A stretch of 64,000 bases of DNA from Lingula anatina (Eukaryota > Animalia > Brachiopoda), in contig CM120644.1 of the NCBI GenBank assembly GCA_051362555.1, forward strand, positions 10,810,567 through 10,874,566, written 5' to 3'. Each line of letters opens with the position of its first letter. Position 1 is the first letter of the stretch. The notes beneath the pieces were generated by a model, which saw nothing but the letters and a program-made list of their open reading frames with translations, had not been told where the DNA came from and did not search any database. The position numbers were made by a program, and so were the translations under genes. Of this stretch, positions 1-14,952 are shown piece by piece.

Positions 1-2701
1 GAAGCGCACGACTTACTCAATCTCTTATGGTTGCATTCACATTACAACTGGACAGACTGTGCCATGATCACCATAGAATTAAACTACACAGGCAATCAAA
101 ACAGAATATTTGCTACAATTTTAGGTATCAGTAAAGGTAAAAGATAACTGTATGGAGAAATGTTAGGCTTGTATCAGCCTGATCACAATCAACACTCACT
201 GTGTGATTTAAATTGATACTATTCAATCTATTAGGGAGTATTGTGAACACAACCTTATAGCTCCCAATAAATTTTCAATAATGTCACAGACGCTTCAATG
301 GTAATTTGTAAACAGGCGACTGTTTTGTCAAATAACACATAGAGCTGGTACTGAGGGTTTGTCGGGGCATGTTCCACACATAAATCGTTGACAAAGTCAC
401 AACTCTGTCCTTCACTGGACAAATAAACATAGGGCAAATGGTCATTCTAACAGTCACTCATGTCTGACCATTGAGACCCCAAAATTTTTAAGAGTCAATA
501 TTTGTTGAAGATTGCAAAGTGTGGGAAATTGTACCATATTATTGTCACAAAGCTGTGGCTGGTACCATATCAATAAATAGAATTCTGAGTAGGATTCAAT
601 ACAATGTGCTCTGTACAGCTTATTCAACTCAATAATAAAATAACAATAACTACATTTAAAACTATATAAAGATAATAATTTGACCATTTTTATTGTATAT
701 TTTTATTAAAATCAATAACTCTTATGTGAACTTTTATGAAGTATGTATATACATGGTGTCACTGGTGGTATTGTTCGTCTCATTCAATTTTCTTACAGAT
801 AGCATGATCTATTACGTTGTATAACATCAATAATTAAAAATAGATGAATCACTGACAATGCTTATGCCTGTCATACCCCTATCTCACCCCCACCCCTCTC
901 AACCCCCACTTCAATTTTAAGTTATTAAAACATAAGTAAACAAAAATAAATGGTCTCTTCAAGAAATTTAATCATCAAAATTTGACAAAAGACATTCTGA
1001 GAACAATGACAATTTGACCGGGCATAGAGTATTATACGTGATTATATTTCTGTGTCGTGCAGTCCTGGGACGTCTCTTTGTCTGCTGACATGTCAACTTT
1101 AAGACGACTTTGTGCCTGACAGTCTCAGCACGTGAATCAATATTTGTTCATTATTGAAACACACAGGAAAATAATATTCATCACAACTCACCGCTAAGTG
1201 AATGGTCGACTGCTCGCTGCTGCTGGTTAGGAATATAATGCATGTTCACACCAGGAGCAAATATTGAAAATAAGGTCAGAAACAGACTGTTTGGTACCAG
1301 AATTCTTGCCAGTTAAGGATAAAAAACCTGAAAGTGTAAAATATCATTTTATGTGATGGAGATGGAAATTATGATAGGCTCACATCAAGATTAGATTGAG
1401 CCCAAAGAGACTATATGATAAAGGTTAGAATCACCAAATGAAGAATAATTGGATCAAATATTAATTGTCTTCAAGCCCCAAATTATAAAAACCTGTTTTA
1501 AGTGATGGATTATAGGAAATCAAGTCCAAGATCACCTCAATATTTACTGGACAGAAATTTAGTCTCCAGATAAAACAAGAGTTGTCAACAGGCTGCCAAA
1601 CCCCACTTTAACAATCTGACTGACTTGTGATACTATTTACTCTCTTAAAATTTCTTCTTTTCTTGGTCCAAGTGGAATCCTTCATGAACTCAGCTATACT
1701 GGGACACTACTTCATTACTTACATATTTGCATATGTGTCATAGAAGAGGTCAAATTGATTATAATGCAATAAATCAAATGCATAAATTGACTTATCATCT
1801 GAAAGTACAACAATTATTTGTCAAATATATTTTCGAGTCAAACTGTGAAATCAGTCTGACTGAAGCCCCAGACTTGGAGACCACTTTGTACCACTAGATC
1901 TAAATAATTGCATTTAAATGTAATATAGGAACCAATCTTCTGCCCCATTTGATTAATCTGTATTGATATGTCTACTGATTATTCTGCATGTTAGTATATA
2001 GTTTCAATTATCTATAATCACTTCTTGAACTGATAACTGGAAATAGTCGTTGAGTCACAGCAATCGCTCAATGAAAACTGCCAAGATAAACTCACCGAGG
2101 TGTGCAGAGGGCAATCATCAATTCAGCGTCAATTAAATTGTACATTTCCACTATTTCTTTCACATATCATGTTCCTGACATTCGTGATTGAAAGATTGCT
2201 AAAAAGTGTAAATTAAGGCCACTTTATATTTTTTCCGTTAAAATAAACACATCAAGATTAAATGGAATGACTTCACACCTACTAAAGCAAAGAAAAGAAG
2301 ACCTTAACTGCAGTATTTTGAAAGCAAGTTCAGAAAAACAAGTACTTGACACAGTGTCTGACACAGACAGAGTAAATCGAGTTATCTCAACCTCGAACTC
2401 AGAGAAAAATTTCCCAAGTTTCTAATCTGTCGAACACAAATTATTGCACGGCTGTCACCTAAAGGAGCTGTTTATCTTACCTGATGTTACCATAGGGGTT
2501 ACAAATTGATATTCCCAATAGGTGGCATTTTACAGTAAGTCAAATAACCCCACAGGGTACAGTAGCCCTGAGGATGGTTTCCCAGTAACATAAGTAGCCA
2601 TAGCCTTTGTAGAAATTGTTGATGACATAAGAACTTATGTTGCAGTACATGAACCAAGGGACAAATATATATCAAAACTTTGGGTATTAAACCATTCTAA
2701 T

Positions 2702-2702
<1 letters not shown>

Positions 2703-2746
<44 letters not shown>
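2703..2746. repeat. (AG)n microsatellite
   Basis: Direct reading. Confidence 0.95.
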
Positions 2747-2750
<4 letters not shown>

Positions 2751-2910
2751 TAGAAAAACTGGGTATCTAAGAGTATGGGTGAGCGGTGGCAGAGGGGGTG
2801 CCAACGACAGGTGCCCCCACCTTGCACTGACAATGACTATTAAAGTACATCTCTTTTCACTATACCTCTTCATAATCAGTCATAATGCACCAACTGCTTG
2901 CTGACTGTTG

Positions 2911-3125
2911 CACCCCATTTCCATAGATTAGATCGACCTACTTTAAATCGACCTAACTCCCTGGGGGTTCAAGCTAAATAGCTGTCAGCTGGGCAGACAC
3001 GAAAGTAAATTACCCCTTTACTGCTTGTAGTAGGCGGGACGGACATTTAAGTCGGATTATCTGAAAGTAATCTAGTGAGACTCCCCGCGGGGATAGATCG
3101 ATCTAAAATCTATGGGAATAGAGCC
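2911..3125 (+). mobile_element. MITE family A (PIF/Harbinger, Tourist-like), 215 bp
   Basis: Imperfect terminal inverted repeats, flanked by a TTG/TTG 3-bp duplication. Close copies at 37340 and 48715. Confidence 0.8.
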
Positions 3126-5867
3126 TTGGTCTTATTACTTCCACATTTCTTAAACACATAATTAATGTCTCTTTTGAGCATAATCATAGTCTAACTATAA
3201 ATTAAAGCATACCACCACTGTATACCTCCTCTATTCTCACCTGGACTATGCACACAACAAGCGGATTAACTTTGGTATTTTTCTAAGAATGTTGTTATGT
3301 ATCTTTATATCCAATCATGATATAACTGTTAAAACAAGCCAACCCAGAAATTTGAGACCCAATTGGCACATGGTCAGTTATGTGTTTTTACAGGCCGTAG
3401 GGTGTATGGCCCACGGTGGATTCTTTGTTCGTGTTTTTCTGGGGATATTACATAAAAGGAGGGGTCTAAAGTTAGATTAAATATTTGCATTTTTCTTTTC
3501 AATTGGGTAAATTGGCCGTTAGGTGCCTCAGTTGATTTTACTGACGTAACATGCATGTTTCATTGATGGGTTGAAATACGGGTGCTTTCCAATAGTCGAT
3601 TCACTTTCATTTGTCAACCACATACCAATGGGAAGATAATTATACATATCCACCTTTTAAAACCACATTACTGCTAGGCCCATATTTTTGAGAGATGGAA
3701 TCATTTCTCAATAATGCTTATTTGCATGCAAAGACTATTCAGCATACAGCTATATGCAGTACTCAGTATCTTATAAGACCTCAGTATAAATACAAAAAAA
3801 AAACATACACACACACTCAAAAATTCCACAATAACAACAACATTGCAACAAACATTAACCAAACGACCCTAAAATCTAACCACCCTTCACTCCATATAAT
3901 CCCAAACCCACCTGCTTTGTTTAGGGATAATCCCAAAGTTTAAGTGAATACCTGACCTGCAGTCTCTTACCTGTGAGACATGAATGCCACCAGTGGCTTC
4001 CTCTTAATACAATTAACAACAACGTCCCTCAGTGTACAGACAGCTGATAAATGGTTTCACAAACCTCTGGAATTGTTCATATATAGACCACTCTGTCTTG
4101 TTCATTTTCGGCTGAATCTGTATGTCACCTGCGTTCAAATTTCTGACTGATTTATTTTCAATACCAGCATCTCTGGTGACTGTCAAGTCTGGGGGGGAGT
4201 TAGAGATCACGAAAGGCTGCCCTGTCCCAGGGATTAAACTATTGACCTTAGATTAAAGATGGGTCTGTAAATAAATGATTACAAATATTGGTTTACTGAG
4301 TGAATGTGTGATGCAGTGAGTTAGAAAAAAAGGAGGTGCGCGGTGGTGACTGAAGGAATTATCAACAAATAGATACAGACAAATGGGTGAATGGGTAAAT
4401 GAATAGATAAATGGAAGAAACAAATTAATGGTCCTAGAGATGGATGGAGAGACAGAAGGATGAATAATTTTAATTACGCTTTAGGTATTAAACTTAACCC
4501 TGTAGCTGCAAGCTGCCGGATCAAACACATTGCAGCATATACATGATACCAATTCAGATACGATATGTACATAATACAGGTTTCACATCAATATACAAAC
4601 AGAAATTACAGCACATTTCTGATACAATCTGCAGTAATCTCTACATTCACTCTGTATACGTGTGAAAAACATGGCTTCCACAGATACAAGAGTGTTTATA
4701 GGTACTGATACGGGGACAGGTAATATGTTAACCATGATTATTGCACCTCCTTATAAAACAGGCAAAGATTAATCCTGAGGTATTAATCTGGCCACTTTTA
4801 TGTAATCTAAAGTCTAAGACAAAGGGCCTACCTCCACCTGTCTTGCATTTTTACAAAAAAAAAAAGCAACTGTCAACCTGTAATTTCCATTGTACTACTC
4901 TATAGCACTAGTTTTGTGTTGAATAAAATGAGTGTTAGTAACTAACCATAATGCCCTACCTAGACTATCATTAATATTGATTTAACCCAAGCAATATTAA
5001 CAGTCAGCCACTTAATATACTCGTCAAAGCAGTCTAAACCCAGTGTTCCTAAGATTGAAAACATCTGCGCAATCAAGAATTACTCCAGGAAATAATTTTA
5101 TCTATCCTGACAGAAGAACCTAAAGCCAGACATGACTCTGGGCGTTAAAATGCATTTCTGCCTCAAATTCTGCATCAAACTAATTGAACAGCAGATGCAT
5201 CTTTTACCTGGCATTAAACTCTGAATTGCCACCAGTATCTTGGTTTTGGACCCCGTCTACAAAGTTGTTGACAGTCTCTTCTTCAATGCCCTTCAGTTTT
5301 ATTTTCATAAGTCTGCAGCGAGACTACAAAAACCTCACTTAAAAACACACCAGAAAACAAATCCACCTGCTTTCCTGCAGTACCACTTCGTCAACCAACC
5401 AGTAATATGATTCATAACAACCTACGCTGGTATTTCAACAGTCATGCAAAGGTCCAATTAAGTTTCATTTAAGTCCAAACCCTCTCTTGTCTCAGTCACA
5501 GTTAATTAGCTGCGATGTGGGGCTCAATTTAAAAGATCAATCAACCCCAGGCCCCATTACCACCGTCCCACCCTCGTCCAATTAATGATTATTTACTCAA
5601 TATCTCAGTCAATGAGACTTTTATGCCTCTCTTGTCTTTGAAAATGCAGTTGGGAATGACTTTGTGGATAATTCAATTATCAAAAGCATAGTCACCCTGG
5701 ATTTTTTTTCAATTATACTCTTATGAATGTCTTTGTGTGGTTTTTTAGTAGAGGGAAATTATTTAGATAAATAAATAGATATATCAGTGTATAAAAAGGA
5801 AATATTTACTTTACTTGAGGTACCAGATTCTTTACTCGTTTAATCAATTAAAACATGATTTTTTGTA

Positions 5868-5870
<3 letters not shown>

Positions 5871-5909
<39 letters not shown>
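5871..5909. repeat. (GT)n microsatellite
   Basis: Direct reading. Confidence 0.95.
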
Positions 5910-5910
<1 letters not shown>

Positions 5911-8779
5911 TACACAAATGGGTAGGGTAGGGTGGAGTTGGGTTTGGGGTACTTATAAGAAGAAAAACTTAAAAGGCTGCATAGAGAGAGGGCTGCACTT
6001 TTCCAGACAGTCTGCAGTTAAAATCTTGTGTGAGTTTTGTTTGCATTTTTTTTTTTTTTTTGTTTGTATTGGGTAGCACCTTCCCTCTCGCTCCCCCCCC
6101 CCCCCCCCCCCCTCAAACAAAATGCTGGCTTTGAGATTAGGGTGGAGTCGTGGGTGGGAATCCCCATATCATTATCTTGGACCAAGAAAATTATTGTATC
6201 TAAGATCAAAACAGATAAGAGGGCATATTATAGATCATTATACTGAATTTTTCTGTTCACAATAATGAAGGGCCCTGATCAGCCTCCTGTTCTTATTCAA
6301 TGACAACATACATGTTTGTGTCTGAGAAGAAAAATGTTAATCCCTCCTGTACATACCTCTGTCTGGGATATCAAACACAAAGACGACGGTAATTATTAGT
6401 AAATTTTGGACACCTCACAATATCCAGTATTTTTTAATTTTATTTCACGACTTGCCACTTTTAGTTACTTGCAAATCATGTTTTCTAATGTAGATAAAAA
6501 AATTTATCAGAATGTTACTTATCAACATTCTTTTAATGATTAACTGACATTTTTTGTTTGTTTTTATAAATGGATAAAGGGATTTTTGTTTGAAATTAGT
6601 GAGAAAGTAAGTAAGCAAGATTGAATTTTTGGCACAAAAACCACTAACCACTCTACGAATGTTTTTTTTTTCCTTCTTTTTTCCCCTCTAAGAGGCACAT
6701 GCAGGAATTAAACATCTTATTATCCAGATATTTAGAGAAAGAACTTTATGCACTACTGCTTTAAATGGAAAGAAGTCGTATAAAAGTCATCATTTCTCCC
6801 AAGGGGTTGGCCAACAAACCCTATGTACCTCATGCTGATATCAAATAATATATTTGGAAGTGGAAAGGGGAAAGATTGAAATATCAGATACCCCATCTGG
6901 GATTTTCTTGCCAAATTAAATTTATTAAAAACAATTAAGGTTATGCTAAATATAAATATAATTTTTGTGATTATTTTAATTACGTATCTTAAAGTTTGAT
7001 CTTTTTTGCCCATTGAAAAGACTGAGTAATTGCCATAATAAATTAAGCTATGTCTATAACTTCTTATATGATATATTATCGAGTCAATTTGTCAAATGAT
7101 AAAGACTAAATTGTTTTTCAGTTTTAATATCAGTATGCCTAATTTGTTAGACATGCTGGCAACTTAAGCTTGTTGTCTACATCAAAATCTAATAATACTT
7201 TTGATAGATATTTACCCATTGATTTTATATGATAGCCTTTAATCCCAATTCCACTGCTGAGATAGTACAAGCACAATCTTCTCCCCCACCCCTCCCCCCC
7301 TCCTCTCTTCCACCCCCAAGACACACACACAGACATATTAACTATCTGAAGCATTTTTCACTTTTACATATAATTTCCTAATGTAGCTATTCAAACAACT
7401 TTCCAAACTTGTTTTTAAGGCCCTACACACCAAATCTCCATTTCAATGCACATGATTGATCAGCATATAATATACATACACACAAGAAGTCAGACTTGCT
7501 CAATTTAAACCATTTCTGTCCAATTTAGACAAGTGTCAGTTAACACAGAGGTCAGAGGGTGTCTACAGGGTCCATGCACACATCTTACACACACCTGTTT
7601 GAATAAACAGCAAGTCAGGCTCCATTACAGTCCAGCATTTGTCTTGCTAGTGAAGTTTTAAAACCAAAGAAATATAGTACTTGGCCTGTTCCCAGGTATT
7701 GATGATGAGGGGGTGTTGGTGGGGTAGGGGTGGGTGGGGGGTTATTTTGAAAAAAGATGGACATTTTCATACTATTTCATAGTCAAGTGATCCATTATAC
7801 ACTAAATCCTTGATAAATTAGCAGAATGAACAAACCATTTCCACACACACAAAAGGTTCAAGCATAGACAGTGCTTATTACTTAAGAGATGAGTGAAAGG
7901 TCCTCCAACCTCTATAGGCTTGTTTCCAGTCAAGCTGGGGTGGCCCTCCTCAGCAGGTGTCTGCAGTTCCATTACCTTTTATTTCAATTTTTACAATTTT
8001 GTGGGCTGATATACTTTAGTGATGTTATTTTGTTTTTTTTTAATCTTTTTTACAATCAAGTACCAGGCACGAAGTTTCAACTATTCACCAAAGGGTTTTG
8101 ACTACACACTACACAAGAGACTATGAAAAACTAATTTCGCTGATTATCAAATATATCATATTATGATATATTTTTTAAATAAAAATTCTGACTTAATATT
8201 AACAGAACAAAGGGAAAATCACTGAAAATTCATTTTACAACCATTATAATTTGATTTTGGCCATTTTAGCCCATTCAAATCAAACAAAGATAACTTCAAA
8301 GATAAAATTACTGTGCACAAGAAGTTTGCCTTTCTCAGTAAATATAAACAGAGGTACAGCATTTCACTCAGCGTAATAATTACATCTTTTCTTTCTAAAC
8401 AAGTTCGACACTTGGCCTGGTTCCATGCAGTAACAAGCTGTAGGAAAAATAACTACTGAGGTATTTGAACAAGGTATTATAAACTTTAGCTCGGCTGAGA
8501 GGCTCGAGCAGCATATTAGGGTTAAGACTCCAGGGCTTACACAGCTGACTGTTACCATCTCTACAATTTTCCTGTTTTTTTTCTTTCTTTTTTTCTTTTT
8601 TTCCAATATTTGCTCTTTGCATCCCTGTCGTTTTTATTTTCATTGCATATGCCTCCTTTCTTTTCTTTTTTTAAGTATCACTTTTTTCTCACACTGTCAC
8701 AATAACAAGTAAATCTCCATCTCCTTCTTTTCATCTGCTACCTTCTTTTCCTGTCTCTCGATCCCTCCTTCCTTCCCAT

Positions 8780-8795
8780 TCTCTCTTCCCCCCCA

Positions 8796-8831
<36 letters not shown>

Positions 8832-8870
8832 GTCACTCCATTCTCTCTTTCTCTCTCTCTCTCTGTCTGC

Positions 8871-8903
<33 letters not shown>
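8780..8903. repeat. Interrupted (CT)n microsatellite
   Basis: Direct reading. Confidence 0.9.
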
Positions 8904-8906
<3 letters not shown>

Positions 8907-9380
8907 CCATTTCCTACCTTCACTGGGTCAATGAAATGCCCACCTGTGCTACTTGAATACCCCCTGGACCACAACACTTCCAGATCATGTTTAAGACCCC
9001 AACATGTTGTGCACTGTTTACATGTGTCACTTGATATGCCCATTTAGAAAAAAAATGAGGGCACACTGTGGAACCCATTATATTGATACAATACCGTCCA
9101 GTTGACTTCAAATACAGTCTGTAAAGGTACCATATTGTTATTTTTATTACACGTATTAACTAAATTCTAACGACAAGTGTAAAATGATCCATCATGACTT
9201 TATCATCAGGCATTTACATTTTCTTTACCATCAAAAAATGAACACCAAAGATGGTATTTCTTGTAGGAAAATCCTTCCGTCAGAATTTCTGACTTACAGA
9301 GATACTGCACACCTATTATTCACAAGACCAGTATTGGTCTTCCTCAGTTTAGAGTATGTGTGTGTGTCACTGTATATGTC

Positions 9381-9382
<2 letters not shown>

Positions 9383-9439
<57 letters not shown>
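9383..9439. repeat. Compound (GT)n(GA)n microsatellite
   Basis: Direct reading. Similar compounds occur at 48327-48416 and, inverted, at 61579-61676. Confidence 0.9.
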
Positions 9440-12400
9440 CTATACTGAGCATGCTTGCCAGTGTGCATGTTTGCTGTAAGTGCATGTGTCTTGCAGGAGA
9501 GGTATCGCGATTCTTTCATTATCCACCCCAAATATTCTGGATATTTTTATCTTGCAAAAAGACCATGAAACCTTTTAAAATTAATGGCTTTTTCACAGCT
9601 CCAGGTCTTAAAACTGAAATTCACATAACAAGCAGGAACTGATGTAAACATTTACTTGGCATAAAAGCAAGTTAGGAAAAAAGGGTGTCAAATGAATGTA
9701 TGCATGTATGTGTTAGTCTTGCAGCAAGGGAAGCATGTTTTCCCTACACAGTCTTAATTCAACCTCTTGCAACAAGCTTGGCAAAATCTCTATGAAGCTA
9801 CTAACGCGTCCTTTGGTTTTCCTCTTAAACTTGATACGAAAGTTTTAAGCATTCACAACACTAGCAAGCAATGGTTTTCACCTAATGTGTACGTATAAAA
9901 TAGTAGTGTTAGCCTGTATGGCATGACAGCGCATTCCAACCATGTTTTCCTACTCACCTGTCACTGCCTTGTTTCATCCATGTCCAACAACTCTTTTCCT
10001 CCAATTCTGACATTTGCTCATTATAGGTACTACAAGTGCTTAATTCTCTTGCACTTCTGTTTTCACGTCTGGGCTACGCTGCTGTTAAAATTGGTCCAGC
10101 TCCAAAATGTTTGCACAGTTTACTGATTTACGTGCTTTGTGATATAACCAGAGCAAACATGACAATCTTTCTGCTGGTGTCGCTCTGAATGGCAACTGCT
10201 GGGCGACTGGGAAGTGGGGAAACTGGATACCTGTGAAAGAAAAATCATTCATCACGAAGAGAGTTTCATAATTTGACAGGCTGGAAAAAAAGGGATGTCA
10301 TTTCAAGTTAGGGTTGACTTCAATTTGACCCATATTGTAAAGTGGGCATAGTCTGGGGTGTGTAGTGTTCGTTTTTGGAACAGGTCACTTTCCTTACAGT
10401 TTAAGCAAGCATGTTTTTTTTCGCCTATTTTATTTCAATTAAATTTAGTTTTTAACCAAATTAATGATATTTGCTTCAAAAATATGTTTTCACTTTTTTA
10501 ACAAATATATATTTAATTTAGACAATGAAAATAATTAAACGCAATATGCCCCAACTCCACCCATCCCCAAAAATCATAGGCTAGAACTAGTGAAACTAGT
10601 CGAAACAATGGCTAATAACAATTCAAAACCCTGCAACCTACAAATTACTGTATACTTAAATTGCGTAAGTCGATCTACTGCTTGATATTCACCAAGGAAA
10701 GTGTGACAAAACATCTGATAACCTTTAACCCCCTCTTCTTTTAACCTCTCCCCCCTCCATCCACGATCAGCCAGTGGTGGTGATATATAGGCACATCACG
10801 CTGAGTCCTCTATTTGAGTCTTACATGTATGTTCACTGTGACCGTATAAAAACCTCAGCGTCATATCACTACCATAAATAATGACCAAATGGCCACTGGC
10901 TATGGGACACAGATCATTCCTTTGTGTTAGAAATATTTGAACTCTACTTCATCTGATTATGTCTACGTAAACCCCACTTTTTAGACTATTTCGAATGTCA
11001 TTCTCAAAGTGTATCTTAAATTAAGTGATATTTATCCTACACTGTTTTCACCATATCAAATTGCATAGAAAAGAAGGCAGAATTCCAATAGCTTTGCAAG
11101 GGAAGTCATTTATCTTCAGTTTTAATTGCAGATTTTCTATGCAAATCTATTTGACTTATTTAATAAGACTTCACTGAAAAAAAGATAAAGTGAACAGAAG
11201 ATAATGGGAGGTCTCGACTTCAAAACATCTTTTTAAACGCAAACTCCAGGGGGTGATCTATTTTTCAATAAAATAATATGCAAGCCCATCATTTATCACA
11301 TGTACAATGATTAATGATGATGTCACACATACACGTAACAGTGACTTAATAATTGAAAGAAAATATGTTTATAAAAGTCTGGATCATAACATAGAACGAA
11401 CGCATCTCCAGTTTTTAATTATTAATTTCTATTTGTCTAGCGAGCATTTACTTTACTTTCCAAAATGTACATTAGCAAAATAGATTGTCCAAAAGAACAC
11501 GCTAAACTTAGCCTGACATGTAACTAAAAGTGAATCTGAACCTTGTCTCACAAAATTACGCCAGGCCAAACATTGGTCTTTTAAGTCAAAACTGAAAGAC
11601 CCAAATCTAATTAGGTCTACCTCTGATAAATACATTGTAGTTAACTAAAACCAGTGGTCTTAAACATTAACCGATTCATAATATTAATAAATCAGGCGCA
11701 CTACTTCACTCACCTGGACTACAATTTCTTTTGTAAAACCGGTCACAGTCTGTGAAAGTCACCTGCTCATGGCCCTACCAGTCTCAGACAGTCCAATTGT
11801 GGTGGATGGAATTTTTGTTTGTTTGTTTGTTTGTTTTTAATAGTAAGCTAGTTAACCAGTTTGATTTTTAGGTTGACTGTTTTATTATGATTTTTATCAA
11901 TATCACAATTTTAATTTTCTGACGCGAGGAATAGGCCTAACCACAAAGTTCCTTCTTTATGCTTATCAAACAATAAATCTAAGGAAAATGTTTATTATTT
12001 CTCATTTGAAACCAGAGTTTATTTACTACATATAAAGCATTCTTATTCCTACTTTCAGCATTTGGAAACAAATAATTCAGTTTCTGTATCTAGATTTTTT
12101 ATCTTTGACATAAAAATTAGAATGAAAAACCTCTCATTTTTTGCTTAATGCGCCTGCAGTAGATTTACAGACTTTAGAGTCTCACCACACCTGTAGTACC
12201 CTGAACAGTGAGCCAGACAGCTAATAATGAAGAGTCAGAGTGCCAATATGACCTCAGATTAACCAAGCTTAATACAGCTTATACCTAACACTGGTTACAC
12301 ATTAAATTACCACAAACTAAACAGGACCTGTGAAATGAGCAACTTCCGTGATAAGATTAATAGAAATCGACGTGGGTCTCTCGGCCCCCTACAGAGCCGA

Positions 12401-12627
12401 GGGATTAGAATTACATTGACAATTATCAAGTGATCGTTGACAGTCCTATCAAATCGGCCCTTTCATCTAGGTGTTATTAATTTGTGTCGTTCAGTAGATC
12501 GTGTATCTATTCGAGATATTTAAGTGTGGGTAAATTGGAGAGATATCTAACAGCCTGTTTGAAATGATGATAGGGGTGCTCAGATTTAAAAAACATCCAT
12601 GTGTGTATTCAAAACGCATATTGATTC

Positions 12628-12796
12628 CAGGGGCGGATCCAAAGATATTTTCTGACAGTCTTCCAAATTATCTTTGTTGATCCATCCTCCAATTTTGACC
12701 GTCTTCCAACAGAAAAAAATATAGATACCGTCAATGTAAACTTGAAAATCTGACCGTCTTCCGGAAGACCCAGAAGACGGCCTAAATCCGCCCCTG
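12628..12796. mobile_element. hAT-like MITE with 5-bp TSD
   Basis: TIR caggggcggat ... atccgcccctg, flanked by GATTC/GATTC. Confidence 0.8.
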
Positions 12797-13102
12797 GATT
12801 CATTGGTTCAGTCATGGACATAATAAGACCTTCTCTTATTATGTCCATGGTTCAGTGGCATAAAAATAGCATAATAGACTAACAAAAACAAGGCATGTAC
12901 TATACACAAAAAAGCATGTAATTATAACTGTGATGACCCAACTCGCCTCCCCTCACACACACTCACACACACACACACACACACACACAAGAGACACACA
13001 GTTTATAGAAAAAAAAATAATGCTACAAAAGTAAAGAAAAAGATGCAGTAGATCTGAGGCGCTTGGATGGGTTTTTATCAAGGTCCATTAATAATTATAG
13101 GT

Positions 13103-13340
13103 CAGGGCCGTAGCCTGAGCAAAATGCCAGGGGGGGCAGTAAGCGGACACGAGGGGGCGAAGCCCCCGGTGGGGGAGGGTGTGGGAGGTGGATGATTGTC
13201 TAGTGGCCATGAGTGCATTTTCTCACAGAATTGATACCAACTTTGCATTTTTTTTCCACCTTTGCGATTATTTTTTTTGCACCTCAAATCCCAGGGGGGG
13301 GGCAGCTGCCCCCCCTGCCCCCCCGGAGGCTACAGCCCTG
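13103..13340. mobile_element. hAT-like MITE with 5-bp TSD
   Basis: TIR cagggccgtagcct ... aggctacagccctg, flanked by TAGGT/TAGGT. Subterminal G-run/C-run hairpin. Confidence 0.8.
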
Positions 13341-13569
13341 TAGGTTCCATAGATAGGCCTAGGTAGTAGGAAACACTGCCATTTTTTTTTCTTTGAAATC
13401 TTGGGCCGATAATATGGGTCCAAACTGTATCCAAGTTACTTGATGTAAATGTATAGTAGAGCACTATCATTGAATTCTCTCTTACTGTAGGCCCAACACT
13501 TTTTATGTATAGGAATTTCAAACATCACATTTTGCAAAATATAGTTCCACCTACTTGGTTTATAACTAC

Positions 13570-13570
<1 letters not shown>

Positions 13571-13628
<58 letters not shown>
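13571..13628. repeat. (ATT)n microsatellite
   Basis: Direct reading. Confidence 0.95.
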
Positions 13629-13630
<2 letters not shown>

Positions 13631-13885
13631 TTATTTTTTCATTTTCATAAATGGATTATCAAACCAATTCAAAGGTACCGACCCGGCCACCTACCCGCCT
13701 TGTCAGTAGGCCACTATATATATATAAGGGCTATCATTAAAAATTTAGGGCCTGACTCTATCGTTATTTTAATTCCAATGCGCATGTCAGTTGACCTATT
13801 TGAGATATTTAAAAACAATACCATCATATATGCATGTTGTTGATCCAAAAGCTCTTTAACGTTCAATTGGCATCTAGAAAATCAT

Positions 13886-14952
13886 TGGCCAAAATTGAAT
13901 AAAAAAATGTCATATCCAGCCTTTATGAAAATCACTCAAAATCACCAAGAATCAACCCTTCTCCGATTTTTCCGAAATGTGACGAAAATCAATCTACCAC
14001 ACCTGTCATTCATAAAAAATGTGGAAATGCTCTCGGATCACTTCATTAAAGCACCCATTTTAAGCTTTAAAGATTGCCAAAAAGCACACCTGAGAACAGG
14101 ATTTGGAGAGAGTTTTTGCTATTTCTTCATTAATAATGACACAACCACTCTTCCAGTAGGGCTTTACACTCACTACAAATGACCAAACACACCTACCAGT
14201 CACTATAATGAAGAAAAAAAAATTCATCCCTACCTGGCCAAAATTGAAGAAAACTGCCATATCCGGACCTTACGAAAATCACTCAAAATCACCCAAAAAT
14301 GACCCGTCACCAATTTTTCCAAAATGTGATGAAAATCAATCTACCACACCTGTCATTCATAAAAAATGTGGAAACGCGCCTGGATCACTTCATTAAAGCC
14401 CCCAATTTCAGCTTTAAAGATTGCCAAAAAGCACACCTGAGAACAGGATTTGGAGAGGGGGGGGGGTGGAGAGAGTTTTTGCTCTATTTCTTCCTTAATA
14501 ATGACATAACTACTCTTCCAGTACTTTACCCTCACTACAAATGACCAAGCACACCTAACAGTCACTATAATGAAGAAAAAAATTTTCATCCCTACCTGGC
14601 CAAAATTGAAGAAAACTGCCATATCCGGACCTTACGAAAATCACTCAAAATCACCCAAAAATGACCCGTCACCAATTTTTCCAAAATGTGATGAAAATCA
14701 ATCTACCACACCTGTCATTCATAAAAAATGTGGAAACGCGCCTGGATCACTTCATTAAAGCACCCAATTTCAGCTTTAAAGATTGCCAAAAAGCACACCT
14801 GAGAACAGGATTTGGAGAGGGGGGGAGAGAGTTTTTGAGAAGAGGGAGGCAAGAGTTTTTTTTTTTTATTTCATCCTTAATGTTTACAAAACCACTCTTT
14901 CAGTACTTGATACTAACTACAACTGACCCAACACACCTACCGGTCACTATAA
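13886..14952. repeat. About 362-bp tandem repeat, about 3 copies
   Basis: tggccaaaattgaa recurs at 13886, 14235 and 14597. The duplicated ORFs 14208/14570 and 14299/14661 are offset by 362. Confidence 0.95.

Noticed and set aside
1192-1327. Minus-strand exon-like segment with good acceptor and donor as an internal coding exon
   Set aside because: Stops occur in all three frames. At most it is a UTR or start exon, and it cannot be assigned.
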